A stretch of 64,000 nt of DNA. Source: an uncultured SAR116 cluster alpha proteobacterium. GTDB taxonomy: Bacteria > Pseudomonadota > Alphaproteobacteria > Puniceispirillales > GCA-002684695. A program made the translations under genes and the position numbers. The notes under the pieces are model-generated. The model searched no databases and was not told the origin of the DNA. It saw nothing but the letters and a program-made list of their open reading frames with translations. The DNA lies in NCBI GenBank assembly GCA_902612965.1, contig CACMFN010000007.1, positions 26,506 to 90,505 on the forward strand, given 5' to 3'. Of the stretch, positions 12,035-20,497 are shown in pieces (the stretch's first letter is position 1; each line of letters starts with the position of its first letter).

Positions 12035-13486
12035 TTAGCCTACACTACCTTCAAGACTAATACCTATTAACTTTTGTGCCTCTACTGAAAACTCCATAGG
12101 AAGTTCTTTCATAACTTCCTTACAAAAGCCATTTACAATCAATGAAACTGCCTCCTCTTCTGAAAGACCTCGAGAAAGACAATAAAATAATTGATCCTCA
12201 CTTATCTTGCTTGTTGTAGCCTCATGCTCAATATTAGCTGAAGGGTTTTTTGACGTAATGTAGGGAATAGTATGTGCGCCACATTTATCACCAATTAATA
12301 AGCTGTCACATTGAGTAAAATTTCTTGCATTTTTTGCACCAGGTTGCATCAAAACCTTTCCTCTGTATGTGTTTTGTGATTTACCTGCAGATATTCCCTT
12401 TGATATTATTGTTGATTTTGTATTTTTTCCAAGATGAATCATTTTTGTTCCTGTGTCAGCTTGCTGAAAGTTATTTGTTATAGCTACAGAATAAAATTCT
12501 CCAACTGAGTTATCACCATGTAAAATACATGATGGATATTTCCAAGTAACTGCAGACCCTGTCTCGACTTGTGTCCAGCTAATTTTAGAATTCTTTCCTA
12601 AGCAAGACCCTCTTTTTGTAACAAAATTGAAAATTCCACCTTTCCCATTCTCATCTCCAGGAAACCAATTTTGGACAGTAGAATACTTGATTTCAGCATT
12701 GTCATGAGTAATTAACTCTACAACTGCTGCATGAAGCTGGTTTTCATCTCTTTGTGGCGCCGTACAACCTTCTAAATATGAAACGTAAGAGTCATCATCA
12801 GCAATAATTAATGTTCTTTCAAATTGACCAGTATTCTTTTCATTTATTCTAAAATAAGTTGATAATTCCATTGGACATCTTACACCTTTTGGTATGTAAA
12901 CGAATGAACCATCAGTAAAAACTGCACTATTCAATGCGGAAAAATAATTATCGTGCCGAGGTATAACAGAACCAATATATTTTTTTACTAACTCTGGATG
13001 AGTTTTAATAGCTTCACTAATTGGACAAAATATAACACCTTTCTCTTCCAGTTGTTTTCTAAAAGTTGTGACCACAGAAACTGAGTCAAATACAGCATCA
13101 ACTGCGACACCAGCTAATGCTTTTTGCTCATTAAGGGGGATACCAAGCTTTTCGTATGTTTTTAATAATTCAGGATCTACCTCATCTAAACTCTTCAGTT
13201 TTTCTGTATTTTTTGGAGCAGAATAATAATAAATGTCTTGATAATCTATTTTTGGATAATTAACTTTAGCCCATTCCGGTTCTTTCATTTTTTTCCAGAT
13301 TTCAAAAGCTTTAAGTCTCCAATCTAGCATCCACTCAGGCTCATTTTTTTTTGAAGATATTAATCTAATAATATTTTCATCTAACCCTTTAGGAGCCTTA
13401 TCGACTTCTAAATCAGTTGAAAAACCATATTTATATTTAGACGTAGCCAGATTAACCTGTTCAATAGTCTCTTCTTGAATTGGCAA
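12035..13486 (-). CDS. sufB: Fe-S cluster assembly scaffold SufB
   Basis: 483 aa with highly conserved SufB sequence throughout. First structural gene of the operon. Confidence 0.96.
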   Translation of the reverse strand: MPIQEETIEQVNLATSKYKYGFSTDLEVDKAPKGLDENIIRLISSKKNEPEWMLDWRLKAFEIWKKMKEPEWAKVNYPKIDYQDIYYYSAPKNTEKLKSLDEVDPELLKTYEKLGIPLNEQKALAGVAVDAVFDSVSVVTTFRKQLEEKGVIFCPISEAIKTHPELVKKYIGSVIPRHDNYFSALNSAVFTDGSFVYIPKGVRCPMELSTYFRINEKNTGQFERTLIIADDDSYVSYLEGCTAPQRDENQLHAAVVELITHDNAEIKYSTVQNWFPGDENGKGGIFNFVTKRGSCLGKNSKISWTQVETGSAVTWKYPSCILHGDNSVGEFYSVAITNNFQQADTGTKMIHLGKNTKSTIISKGISAGKSQNTYRGKVLMQPGAKNARNFTQCDSLLIGDKCGAHTIPYITSKNPSANIEHEATTSKISEDQLFYCLSRGLSEEEAVSLIVNGFCKEVMKELPMEFSVEAQKLIGISLEGSVG

Positions 13487-13499
13487 TTATATACTCCAG

Positions 13500-13952
13500 T
13501 TAAGTATGTAATACAGAAGTATCTGTATTTTGGGTTTTAAGAAAATCTTCGGGATTCAGCAAATCACTTAATGATACACTCTTTAGTGCTTCTAAAATAG
13601 CATTATTGGCCTTGTTCCAATTTCCACTTAAGAGACAAATTGATTGAGTACTACATAAATCATCCGATTCATCTAAACAAGCAGTAATCGCAATAGGACC
13701 ATCAATTGATTCAACTATTTCTGCAACATTTATCTCAGATGGCGCAATTTCGCAGTAATAACCTCCATTTGCTCCTCTACCTGCAAGTATTAAGTTAGCT
13801 TTATTTAGAAGTTTACAAACCTTAGCAACTGTAGGAACAGGCAAACCCGTATCTTCCGAAATTTTTGACGTTGAAAATTTGTTAGGGTATCTACTAGATA
13901 ACAGACCTAATATAACTACGGCATAATCTGTGATTTTATTAAGCTTAATCAT
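13500..13952 (-). CDS. Rrf2-family transcriptional regulator (IscR/SufR-like) heading the suf operon
   Basis: 150 aa. N-terminal wHTH (MIKLNKITDYAVVILGLL) and a three-Cys cluster region (CLDESDDLCSTQSIC). Confidence 0.85.
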   Translation of the reverse strand: MIKLNKITDYAVVILGLLSSRYPNKFSTSKISEDTGLPVPTVAKVCKLLNKANLILAGRGANGGYYCEIAPSEINVAEIVESIDGPIAITACLDESDDLCSTQSICLLSGNWNKANNAILEALKSVSLSDLLNPEDFLKTQNTDTSVLHT

Positions 13953-14026
13953 TTTAATTACTCAGTTATATTAATTTAGATTAATTCTAAAAAAATTCAA
14001 GTTTAATAAATTTAATTGATAAAATA

Positions 14027-14407
14027 TTAATTAACTGAGGTGCTTTTTAGTATGTAACGACCATTTAAAACATCACTAAAAAGTACATCAACATCAGGAT
14101 GATGAATAGGACCAGATTCAGAATCAGGTAAAAGGTTTTGCTGACTAACGTAAGCTGAATAAAAAGTTTCAGAGTTTTCAGCAAGCAGATGATAAAAAGG
14201 CTGGTCTTTTCTAGGACGACTTTCTTCAGGAATTGACTGATACCATTCTTCGGTATTTGAAAATTCAGGGTCTATATCCACAATAACACCTCTAAATTTG
14301 TACAGTCTATGTTTTACAACATCGCCAATGTTAAAAGCTGGTGAAACAACCAATACATCTGATTGTAAATGAGTATTTTCCATATTATCGATAGTATTAG
14401 AAGTCAT
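14027..14407 (-). CDS. hspQ: Heat shock protein HspQ (YccV, hemimethylated-DNA-binding domain)
   Basis: 126 aa. FNIGDVVKHRLYKFRGVIVDIDPEF core. Confidence 0.8.
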   Translation of the reverse strand: MTSNTIDNMENTHLQSDVLVVSPAFNIGDVVKHRLYKFRGVIVDIDPEFSNTEEWYQSIPEESRPRKDQPFYHLLAENSETFYSAYVSQQNLLPDSESGPIHHPDVDVLFSDVLNGRYILKSTSVN

Positions 14408-14417
14408 TTAGTCAGTC

Positions 14418-14603
14418 TTATATTTTATCTGAAACTTTAAGAAATTCCTTACCTCGGTACATTCCGGTCTTTAAATCGATATGATGAGGTCTGTGTAACT
14501 CTCCAGTATCCTTATCTTCAACGTAAGCATTGTTTTTCAGCCTATCATGTGATCTTCGCATACCTCTTTTGGATGATGAAACTTTACTTTTAGGAACAGC
14601 CAT
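14418..14603 (-). CDS. rpmF: 50S ribosomal protein L32
   Basis: 61 aa. [21 protein letters not shown]-terminus. Confidence 0.95.
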   Translation of the reverse strand: MAVPKSKVSSSKRGMRRSHDRLKNNAYVEDKDTGELHRPHHIDLKTGMYRGKEFLKVSDKI

Positions 14604-14637
14604 TTTTATATCTCTCTTACTTAAATTTAAATATTAA

Positions 14638-14733
14638 TTATAGAGGAAGTTGCATCCAATCAGGAATATAAGAACAACTACTTATAATGATAGGTAAAGA
14701 TAACAATATTATTTTTAAAACGATTTTATTCAT
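14638..14733 (-). CDS. Unannotated 31-codon putative lipoprotein ORF
   Basis: My own translation gives MNKIVLKIILLSLPIIISSCSYIPDWMQLPL followed by a stop. It has a basic n-region, a hydrophobic core and the lipobox I-S-S-C. Same strand as the flanking tRNA-Ala and rpmF. Too short for the ORF track. Confidence 0.4.
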   Translation of the reverse strand: MNKIVLKIILLSLPIIISSCSYIPDWMQLPL

Positions 14734-14754
14734 TATTTCTACTTTCAATATAAT

Positions 14755-14830
14755 TGGTGGAGCTGGACGGGATCGAACCGACGACCTGAAGCTTGCAAAG
14801 CTACCGCTCTCCCAACTGAGCTACAGCCCC
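14755..14830 (-). tRNA. tRNA-Ala (anticodon UGC), CCA encoded
   Basis: The reverse complement folds as GGGGCTG TA GCTC AGTTGGGA GAGC G GTAGC TTTGCAA GCTTC AGGTC GTCGG TTCGATC CCGTC CAGCTCC ACCA. The G3:U70 alanine identity pair, the TTCGATC T-loop and anticodon TGC are present. Confidence 0.95.
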
Positions 14831-14841
14831 TTAATAAAATG

Positions 14842-14873
14842 ATTTTATGCTCACTTTATTGGTAAAAGGTCAA
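14842..14873 (-). promoter_or_regulatory. Possible sigma70-type promoter for tRNA-Ala
   Basis: The minus strand reads TTGACC ... TAAAAT upstream of the tRNA 5' end. The spacer is about 20 nt, longer than optimal, so this is tentative. Confidence 0.25.
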
Positions 14874-14886
14874 GCAAAAAAAACAT

Positions 14887-15738
14887 TTATTTTAAATTGA
14901 TTTCTTTTAACCTTTCTTGCAAATAATCATGAGCAGTTGTTCCAGGCTTTAAAATTACTTCATTTCTAGGATGCATAAACATTGGAAGGGAAAACCTAGA
15001 TACATTTTGATTTGAGCTTTCAGGATTCACAACTCTATGGCTTGTGGATGGGAAGTATCCTCCAGAGGCCATTTGCAACATGTCTCCTACGTTTACTGTG
15101 ATCATACCTTTATCTACAGGAACCTTATGCCATTTACCATCTTTATCCATTGCTTCAAGACCAGGTTGGCTTCCAGAAACCAAAAGTGTTATAAGATTTA
15201 TATCTTCATGGGCAGCAGCCCTTATAGCGCCTTTTTCAATTTTTTCTTCTATTGGGGGATAATGCAATACTCTAAGTAAATTTCTATCACTGCCTTTAAC
15301 CATATTAAAAAGCGATTCTGAAAAAAGTTCTTGAATATTTTCTGGTGTTAGTTCATCTAACCAACCTAAAAGCATATTTCCTAAATTAGTCAATTGAGTG
15401 TATAATGTTCTGGTATTTGCAGACAGATAGTTGGGTAAATTACTATTTGGATATACATGAAAGAATTCTTTTAAATCTTTAACAGGATTATCTTTCGCAC
15501 TTTCACTTCTAAATGGGAAAAAACCGTCTTGTGTGTCTGTATTGAATTTGTAATCGTATTTATCCTTAGAATTAAAAAACTGCTTCCATTCTTCATATAC
15601 GTTATCTATAAGTTCGAATGAAATTCCATGATTTTCCATTACAGCGAAACCAGTATTTTGGAATGAAGTAAAAAAATCATTTTTTGCATTTTCATTATTG
15701 ACGTCTATTCTTTGAATTTTAAACATATAAAGCATCAT
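14887..15738 (-). CDS. 2-oxoglutarate/Fe(II)-dependent oxygenase (isopenicillin-N-synthase/DIOX_N family)
   Basis: 283 aa. HxD...H facial triad (AAHEDINLITLL ... STSHRVV) and the 2OG-binding RFSLP. The start may instead be the 5th codon (MFKIQ, position 15726). Confidence 0.8.
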   Translation of the reverse strand: MMLYMFKIQRIDVNNENAKNDFFTSFQNTGFAVMENHGISFELIDNVYEEWKQFFNSKDKYDYKFNTDTQDGFFPFRSESAKDNPVKDLKEFFHVYPNSNLPNYLSANTRTLYTQLTNLGNMLLGWLDELTPENIQELFSESLFNMVKGSDRNLLRVLHYPPIEEKIEKGAIRAAAHEDINLITLLVSGSQPGLEAMDKDGKWHKVPVDKGMITVNVGDMLQMASGGYFPSTSHRVVNPESSNQNVSRFSLPMFMHPRNEVILKPGTTAHDYLQERLKEINLK

Positions 15739-15774
15739 TGTTTGTTAATTTCATAAATTATTTTTACTGAATTA

Positions 15775-15786
15775 GCATTTAAATGC
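15775..15786. promoter_or_regulatory. Perfect 12-bp palindrome GCATTTAAATGC in a divergent promoter region
   Basis: Read directly from the sequence. Lies between the divergent oxygenase and permease genes. Candidate operator; function unknown. Confidence 0.3.
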
Positions 15787-15814
15787 AAATAAAAGAAATT
15801 GAATGTTTTAAAGT

Positions 15815-15828
15815 TTAGTATATACTAA
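15815..15828. promoter_or_regulatory. Perfect 14-bp palindrome TTAGTATATACTAA in the same divergent promoter region
   Basis: Read directly from the sequence, about 47 nt upstream of the permease ATG. Candidate operator; function unknown. Confidence 0.3.
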
Positions 15829-15874
15829 TTTTTAAATATCAACCTAATATAATTAATATTAGCTAAATCAAGTA

Positions 15875-17038
15875 ATGAATTATTTTTCGATAAAACTAGA
15901 AAGTGATTTAATCTTAAAAACAATTTTATTAATATTTTTATTATTAGTAGTTGGTTTTGTGCTTAATAATTTTTTAATAAGTTTAGAATTCGAGCTTATT
16001 GAAATTATAATAAACAGTATTTCTGATGCATATTTGCAAGTATCTGTTTTTGTAGCAGCTGTATTATTAATATTTTACGGATTTGAAAGTTTATTTGGCA
16101 TAAACCTTAACAGGAAATTACAAAATAGTGGAATTTATCAAGTGCCTGTAGCTTCAGCACTAGGAGCTTTACCTGGCTGTGGGGGGGCTATCCTTGTTAT
16201 TACACAATTCACAAAAGGGGGCATAAGCTTTGGTTCAGTTGTTGCTGTATTAACATCTACAATGGGTGATGCAGCTTTCCTTTTAATAGCAAGCAAGCCA
16301 AAGACAGGGATTTTTATTATTATTCTCGGTTTTGTCGTCGGTGTAATGTCTGGTTGGTTTGTAGATTTGACACATCCAAAAAATTATCTAACCCCTAAAG
16401 AAAAAAATATTTCAGTTAATAATAAAAGAGAAAAAGAGATAAGTACAAATTTCAAAATCATTTGGACTGTATTGATCGTACCAGGTTTGATTATAGGAAT
16501 AATGATGGCATTTCAATTTGATGTGGATGAATACTTTAAAATTGGTTCAATACAGAATATTGCTTCTTTATTTGGATTTTTAGCAGGCTTGTCATTAATA
16601 ATTTTTCATTTAGTTGCTTGTAAAGGCAAGTTTCATAAAAAAACATCACTCGATGGAGGCTCTTCATTTGAGAGAACATATTTAGATACAAACTTTGTAA
16701 CAATTTGGGTAGTTATTGCATTTTTATTATTTGAGTTAATTATTTATTATACAGCTTTTGACTTAAGAAGTGTTTTTAATAGTTACGTTTTTTTAACTCC
16801 TTTAATGGCTGTCCTTATTGGCTTTATTCCTGGATGTGGCCCTCAAATAATTATAACTAGCACCTATCTTATGGGAATAATACCGCTCTCAGCTCAAATT
16901 GGAAATGCTATCAGTAATGATGGTGATGCTCTCTTCCCAGTATTAGCAATTTCACCAAAAGTTGGGTTAATTGCTACTCTATATAGTGCTGTACCAGCAA
17001 TAATTGTTAGTTATGGTTATCTTTTAATTTTTGAATAA
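15875..17038 (+). CDS. Polytopic membrane permease with duplicated PGCG motif (resembles the putative 10-TM metal/metalloid exporter family)
   Basis: 387 aa with about 10 hydrophobic segments. The two halves each carry GxLPGCGGAILVIT or GFIPGCGPQIIIT. The family assignment is from memory and is tentative. Confidence 0.5.
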   Translation: MNYFSIKLESDLILKTILLIFLLLVVGFVLNNFLISLEFELIEIIINSISDAYLQVSVFVAAVLLIFYGFESLFGINLNRKLQNSGIYQVPVASALGALPGCGGAILVITQFTKGGISFGSVVAVLTSTMGDAAFLLIASKPKTGIFIIILGFVVGVMSGWFVDLTHPKNYLTPKEKNISVNNKREKEISTNFKIIWTVLIVPGLIIGIMMAFQFDVDEYFKIGSIQNIASLFGFLAGLSLIIFHLVACKGKFHKKTSLDGGSSFERTYLDTNFVTIWVVIAFLLFELIIYYTAFDLRSVFNSYVFLTPLMAVLIGFIPGCGPQIIITSTYLMGIIPLSAQIGNAISNDGDALFPVLAISPKVGLIATLYSAVPAIIVSYGYLLIFE

Positions 17039-17064
17039 TACACAAATATGATATCTGTGTTTCT

Positions 17065-17985
17065 ATGAATATTCTTGTCTATGGTATTGGAGCTATGGGC
17101 TCTATTTACGCCTCTCTTCTATCGAGGTCAAGTAATAAAGTATATGTTGTTGACCCTTGGAAAGAACATATATCAGAAATTAAAAAAAATGGTTTAAAGA
17201 TAGCGGGCGCTAGTGGCAATTATATTTATAAAAATATAAATGCATCATTTTCAATTCCCAAAAAAATAAAATTTGACTTGATAATAATTGCAACTAAAGC
17301 GAGTGGTGTAAAGAAAGCTGCTCAAGATATAAAAGAATATACCAATAATAAAACAATAATTATATCAATTCAAAATGGCATTGGATCGACTGATGATTTA
17401 AAATTATATATACCAAAAAATAATATTATTATTGGTGTTGCAGACGGATTTGGAGCGTCAATTGTAAAACCTGGCCACATCCATCATAATGCAATGAAGT
17501 TAATAAGACTTGGTGAATTAGATAATAAAGTAACAGAAAGATTAAATCTAATTTGCGATTTATGGTCAAAAGCTGGATTTAATGTTTTAGCTTATGATAA
17601 TATAAATCAATTAATTTGGGAAAAATTTATCTGTAACGTTACCTTTAGTGCTCCTTGTACTGTATATGAGTGTTCTGTAGGAGAAATAATTAATAATCAT
17701 GATTATTGGAAAGTTGCTTCTGGATGTGCACTTGAAGCCTTTGAAATTGCAATGAAGAAAAATATCCCTCTCTCATTTGATGCCCCAATTGAATACGTTA
17801 GAAATTTTGGTTTAAAAATGCCTAAAGCTAAGCCATCTATGTATTTAGACCATTTATCAAAAAGAAAATCAGAAATAGACTTTATTAATGGAAGGGTAGG
17901 AATTATGGGGGAGGAATTGAATATTAAAACACCATATAATTTTATACTATCGTCCATTGTAAGGCAAAAAGAACTTGTTTTTTAA
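17065..17985 (+). CDS. Ketopantoate reductase (PanE/ApbA) family 2-oxoacid reductase
   Basis: 306 aa. N-terminal Rossmann motif ILVYGIGAMGSIYA, WEKFICN and SMYLDHLSKRKSEIDFINGRV motifs. Likely co-transcribed with the permease. The true substrate is uncertain. Confidence 0.7.
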   Translation: MNILVYGIGAMGSIYASLLSRSSNKVYVVDPWKEHISEIKKNGLKIAGASGNYIYKNINASFSIPKKIKFDLIIIATKASGVKKAAQDIKEYTNNKTIIISIQNGIGSTDDLKLYIPKNNIIIGVADGFGASIVKPGHIHHNAMKLIRLGELDNKVTERLNLICDLWSKAGFNVLAYDNINQLIWEKFICNVTFSAPCTVYECSVGEIINNHDYWKVASGCALEAFEIAMKKNIPLSFDAPIEYVRNFGLKMPKAKPSMYLDHLSKRKSEIDFINGRVGIMGEELNIKTPYNFILSSIVRQKELVF

Positions 17986-18767
17986 GTTCGTTTTTCTGCA
18001 TAAAAATGACCTGGTCTGTGCTCACCCTTCTCAAGAACTTCAATCATTTTCTTCCAAATATTTAATGTGCCTTCAGCATCCTCATTACCAAGTATTTTAA
18101 TTAATTTTTCTTTATAAATAGTTGACAAATCATTTAATTCTTTTTTTGCTAAATTTAAATACCATTTATTCCTGTCAGTAAGTTTTATATTTTTAAATCC
18201 AGCATTTTTAAGGGCATTACCATATCTCTGAAGTGAACACATGTTCATGCTTAGTCCCTCTAATTTTATGTATTCTTGCATTAATTTAGAAGGCGCATTA
18301 TCGTCTATTCGCATCCAGTCACCAACACATAAAAATCCACCTGGTTTTAAAACTCTATACAAATCCTCTACTAACCTCTCTTTATCAAGAATATGCAAAA
18401 ACGTATCTTTACTAAATATTACATCAAAAGAAAGATCATCAAATGGCAGTTCACCTGGTTGAATAACCTCAAAATCAACTTTCTTTTTTTCTATTAAATT
18501 TGATTTAAGCGCGTTAGCTCTTTTTATAACCATTTCCTCAACGTCAACCCCCAAAACATAATTTGGTGAATGATTTTTGATAAAATGGAATGCAGCGCTA
18601 CCACAACCACACCCAATATCTAAAATTTTTTTATTTTTTAATGATTTATTATTTAAAATCAAATCAATTTCAGAAGCACCTCCAGGAGATAAATAACCCT
18701 CACCCCATATCATTTCCAGAGTATCAATTTGCTTTTTCCCATATTCACCTTCGTCTGTAATACTCAT
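17982..18767 (-). CDS. Class I SAM-dependent methyltransferase, phosphoethanolamine N-methyltransferase-like
   Basis: 261 aa. SAM motif ILDIGCGCGSAAF. The N-terminal WGEGYLSPGG and the C-terminal RPGHFYAEK resemble my recollection of the single-domain PMT layout. Confidence 0.6.
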   Translation of the reverse strand: MSITDEGEYGKKQIDTLEMIWGEGYLSPGGASEIDLILNNKSLKNKKILDIGCGCGSAAFHFIKNHSPNYVLGVDVEEMVIKRANALKSNLIEKKKVDFEVIQPGELPFDDLSFDVIFSKDTFLHILDKERLVEDLYRVLKPGGFLCVGDWMRIDDNAPSKLMQEYIKLEGLSMNMCSLQRYGNALKNAGFKNIKLTDRNKWYLNLAKKELNDLSTIYKEKLIKILGNEDAEGTLNIWKKMIEVLEKGEHRPGHFYAEKRT

Positions 18768-18788
18768 AAATTGACCTCAAAATTTTTA

Positions 18789-19409
18789 TTAAGAAAAATT
18801 AAACATATTTGATAGAATAAATAAAATTAAAAAAATCATAAATATAATAATAACAATATTTAAATACTTCCATATTGTTGAATTATTGACATACCTAGAA
18901 AAATACTTTGATAAATATCCAATAGTATAAAAAAATAAAAATGAGCTTATAGAAGCACCAATACCAAAGTTAATTTTCTCAAAGATTGTGAAACTTTTAG
19001 TCAAATTACCAAAAATGAAAACAGTGTCTGAATATACGTGAGGATTAAGAAAAGTAAATCCAATTAAATTAAAAAGAACAGTTTTGAAATTTATCTTTTT
19101 ATTATTAAATTCGATAACATTATCAGAAAAAATTTCTTTTAATTTTAATCCAATAAAGTTTGCTAAAAATAAAATTAAGAAAAAATTCAATAATAAATTA
19201 ATATTGTAAGTGAAGTACGTTTCAAAGTAATGGAATAACAAAATCCCTACAAATATCAATAATAAATCAGATAATGAGCAAAAAAAACATACAAAAAAAA
19301 CAAACTGCTTTTTTAATCCTTGTTCTATTACAAAAAGATTTTGTGGACCTATAACAAGGATAAAACTTAGCCCAGTGAAAAAACCAAAAGTTATAAAATT
19401 TAATTCCAT
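18789..19409 (-). CDS. LysE/ArgO-family basic amino acid exporter
   Basis: 206 aa. IGPQNLFVIEQG and FLNPHVYSDTVFIFG match the ArgO/LysE signatures. Sits 21 nt upstream of the methyltransferase on the same strand. Confidence 0.75.
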   Translation of the reverse strand: MELNFITFGFFTGLSFILVIGPQNLFVIEQGLKKQFVFFVCFFCSLSDLLLIFVGILLFHYFETYFTYNINLLLNFFLILFLANFIGLKLKEIFSDNVIEFNNKKINFKTVLFNLIGFTFLNPHVYSDTVFIFGNLTKSFTIFEKINFGIGASISSFLFFYTIGYLSKYFSRYVNNSTIWKYLNIVIIIFMIFLILFILSNMFNFS

Positions 19410-19473
19410 ATTTTATTTGTAAATAAAGACAATTATTAATTGAAAATATTTTTTTTATTCTTAACTTATAAAA

Positions 19474-19959
19474 ATGTTAAGTTTAATTAAATACCTTTCT
19501 GTTGTTTTACTTATATTGTACCCATTTAATTTATTAGCATTTAATAACTCTGATAAAGAGGAATGGCATGATATTGTTAAACAATACTTTCTAGATTATG
19601 AAAACGGTTTAAATGAATATAAAAATAAAAATTATAATAAAGCTTTTCAAATTTTCTTAACTCTTGCTAATTCAGGAGATGCAAGAGCTCAATCAGATAT
19701 TGCTGGGATGTATTTTAATGGATGGGGTGTAGAAGTTAATTACAAAAAAGCATTTCAATGGTATGAGAAAGCCTCCAAAAATGGAAATACATATGCTCAA
19801 TATAAGCTTGGTGATATGTATTGGAATGGATTTGGCGTTAAAGTTAATACTGATACAGCACAAATTTGGTGGAAAAAGGCTGCTGATAACGGATATAAGG
19901 ATGCCCAATTTAATTTACCATATCAGTACTGTCATTTAAATAAACCTCAATGCCAATAA
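19474..19959 (+). CDS. Secreted Sel1-like repeat (SLR/TPR-like) protein
   Basis: 161 aa. N-terminal signal-like segment, then three AQxxLGxMYxNGxGVxxN-type repeats. Confidence 0.75.
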   Translation: MLSLIKYLSVVLLILYPFNLLAFNNSDKEEWHDIVKQYFLDYENGLNEYKNKNYNKAFQIFLTLANSGDARAQSDIAGMYFNGWGVEVNYKKAFQWYEKASKNGNTYAQYKLGDMYWNGFGVKVNTDTAQIWWKKAADNGYKDAQFNLPYQYCHLNKPQCQ

Positions 19960-19969
19960 AGATTTATAA

Positions 19970-20497
19970 TTAAAAACTATAATTCAATCTTAAAATTAAT
20001 TCGTCATCGTAAAAGCTATGAATTTTTTTTCCATGTTTATAATCTATCCATGGTTGACCAGTTCCACAATGAAATTCACGGTCAAATTTATCATAACAAG
20101 GCTTTTCTTTGATTGAACCACCAATCTTAAAAGCATTATTAAAGCCAAAAATAAATTTTAAATTTTCTAATTCTTTACTAATCAAAAAACCCATAGAATA
20201 AATAGGCTTCACTTCAAGCAAATTACTTTTATAACCATTATCAAAATTGACTGGGAAAATCAGTAAGTTTGAATTTATTTTATATAAAATATTAGTCTTT
20301 AAATTGATCTCAGTATTTTGAGATTTATAATAATTTCCAAGATGAAATTTTTCTCCATTAGGAGCTATAAAATTTCCATCCCAAACATGGGTCTGTAAAT
20401 AATTACTTGATCCTTTTGTATCTGCAAAAATTATATTATTTCCAGAATAAACAGGGTTAGAAATCAGAGTTAATATTAATGCTATCAGCTTTTTCAT
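19970..20497 (-). CDS. Predicted small outer-membrane beta-barrel protein
   Basis: 175 aa. Signal peptide MKKLIALILTLISNPVYSG, alternating hydrophobic pattern, and C-terminal beta-signal LRLNYSF ending in Phe. I recognised no family. Confidence 0.5.
   Translation of the reverse strand: MKKLIALILTLISNPVYSGNNIIFADTKGSSNYLQTHVWDGNFIAPNGEKFHLGNYYKSQNTEINLKTNILYKINSNLLIFPVNFDNGYKSNLLEVKPIYSMGFLISKELENLKFIFGFNNAFKIGGSIKEKPCYDKFDREFHCGTGQPWIDYKHGKKIHSFYDDELILRLNYSF

Noticed and set aside
13961-14038. Inverted 8-mer CTCAGTTA ... TAACTGAG flanking the suf promoter region
   Set aside because: The arms are about 62 nt apart and the right arm lies in the hspQ stop region. It is too short and too distant to separate from chance in AT-rich DNA.
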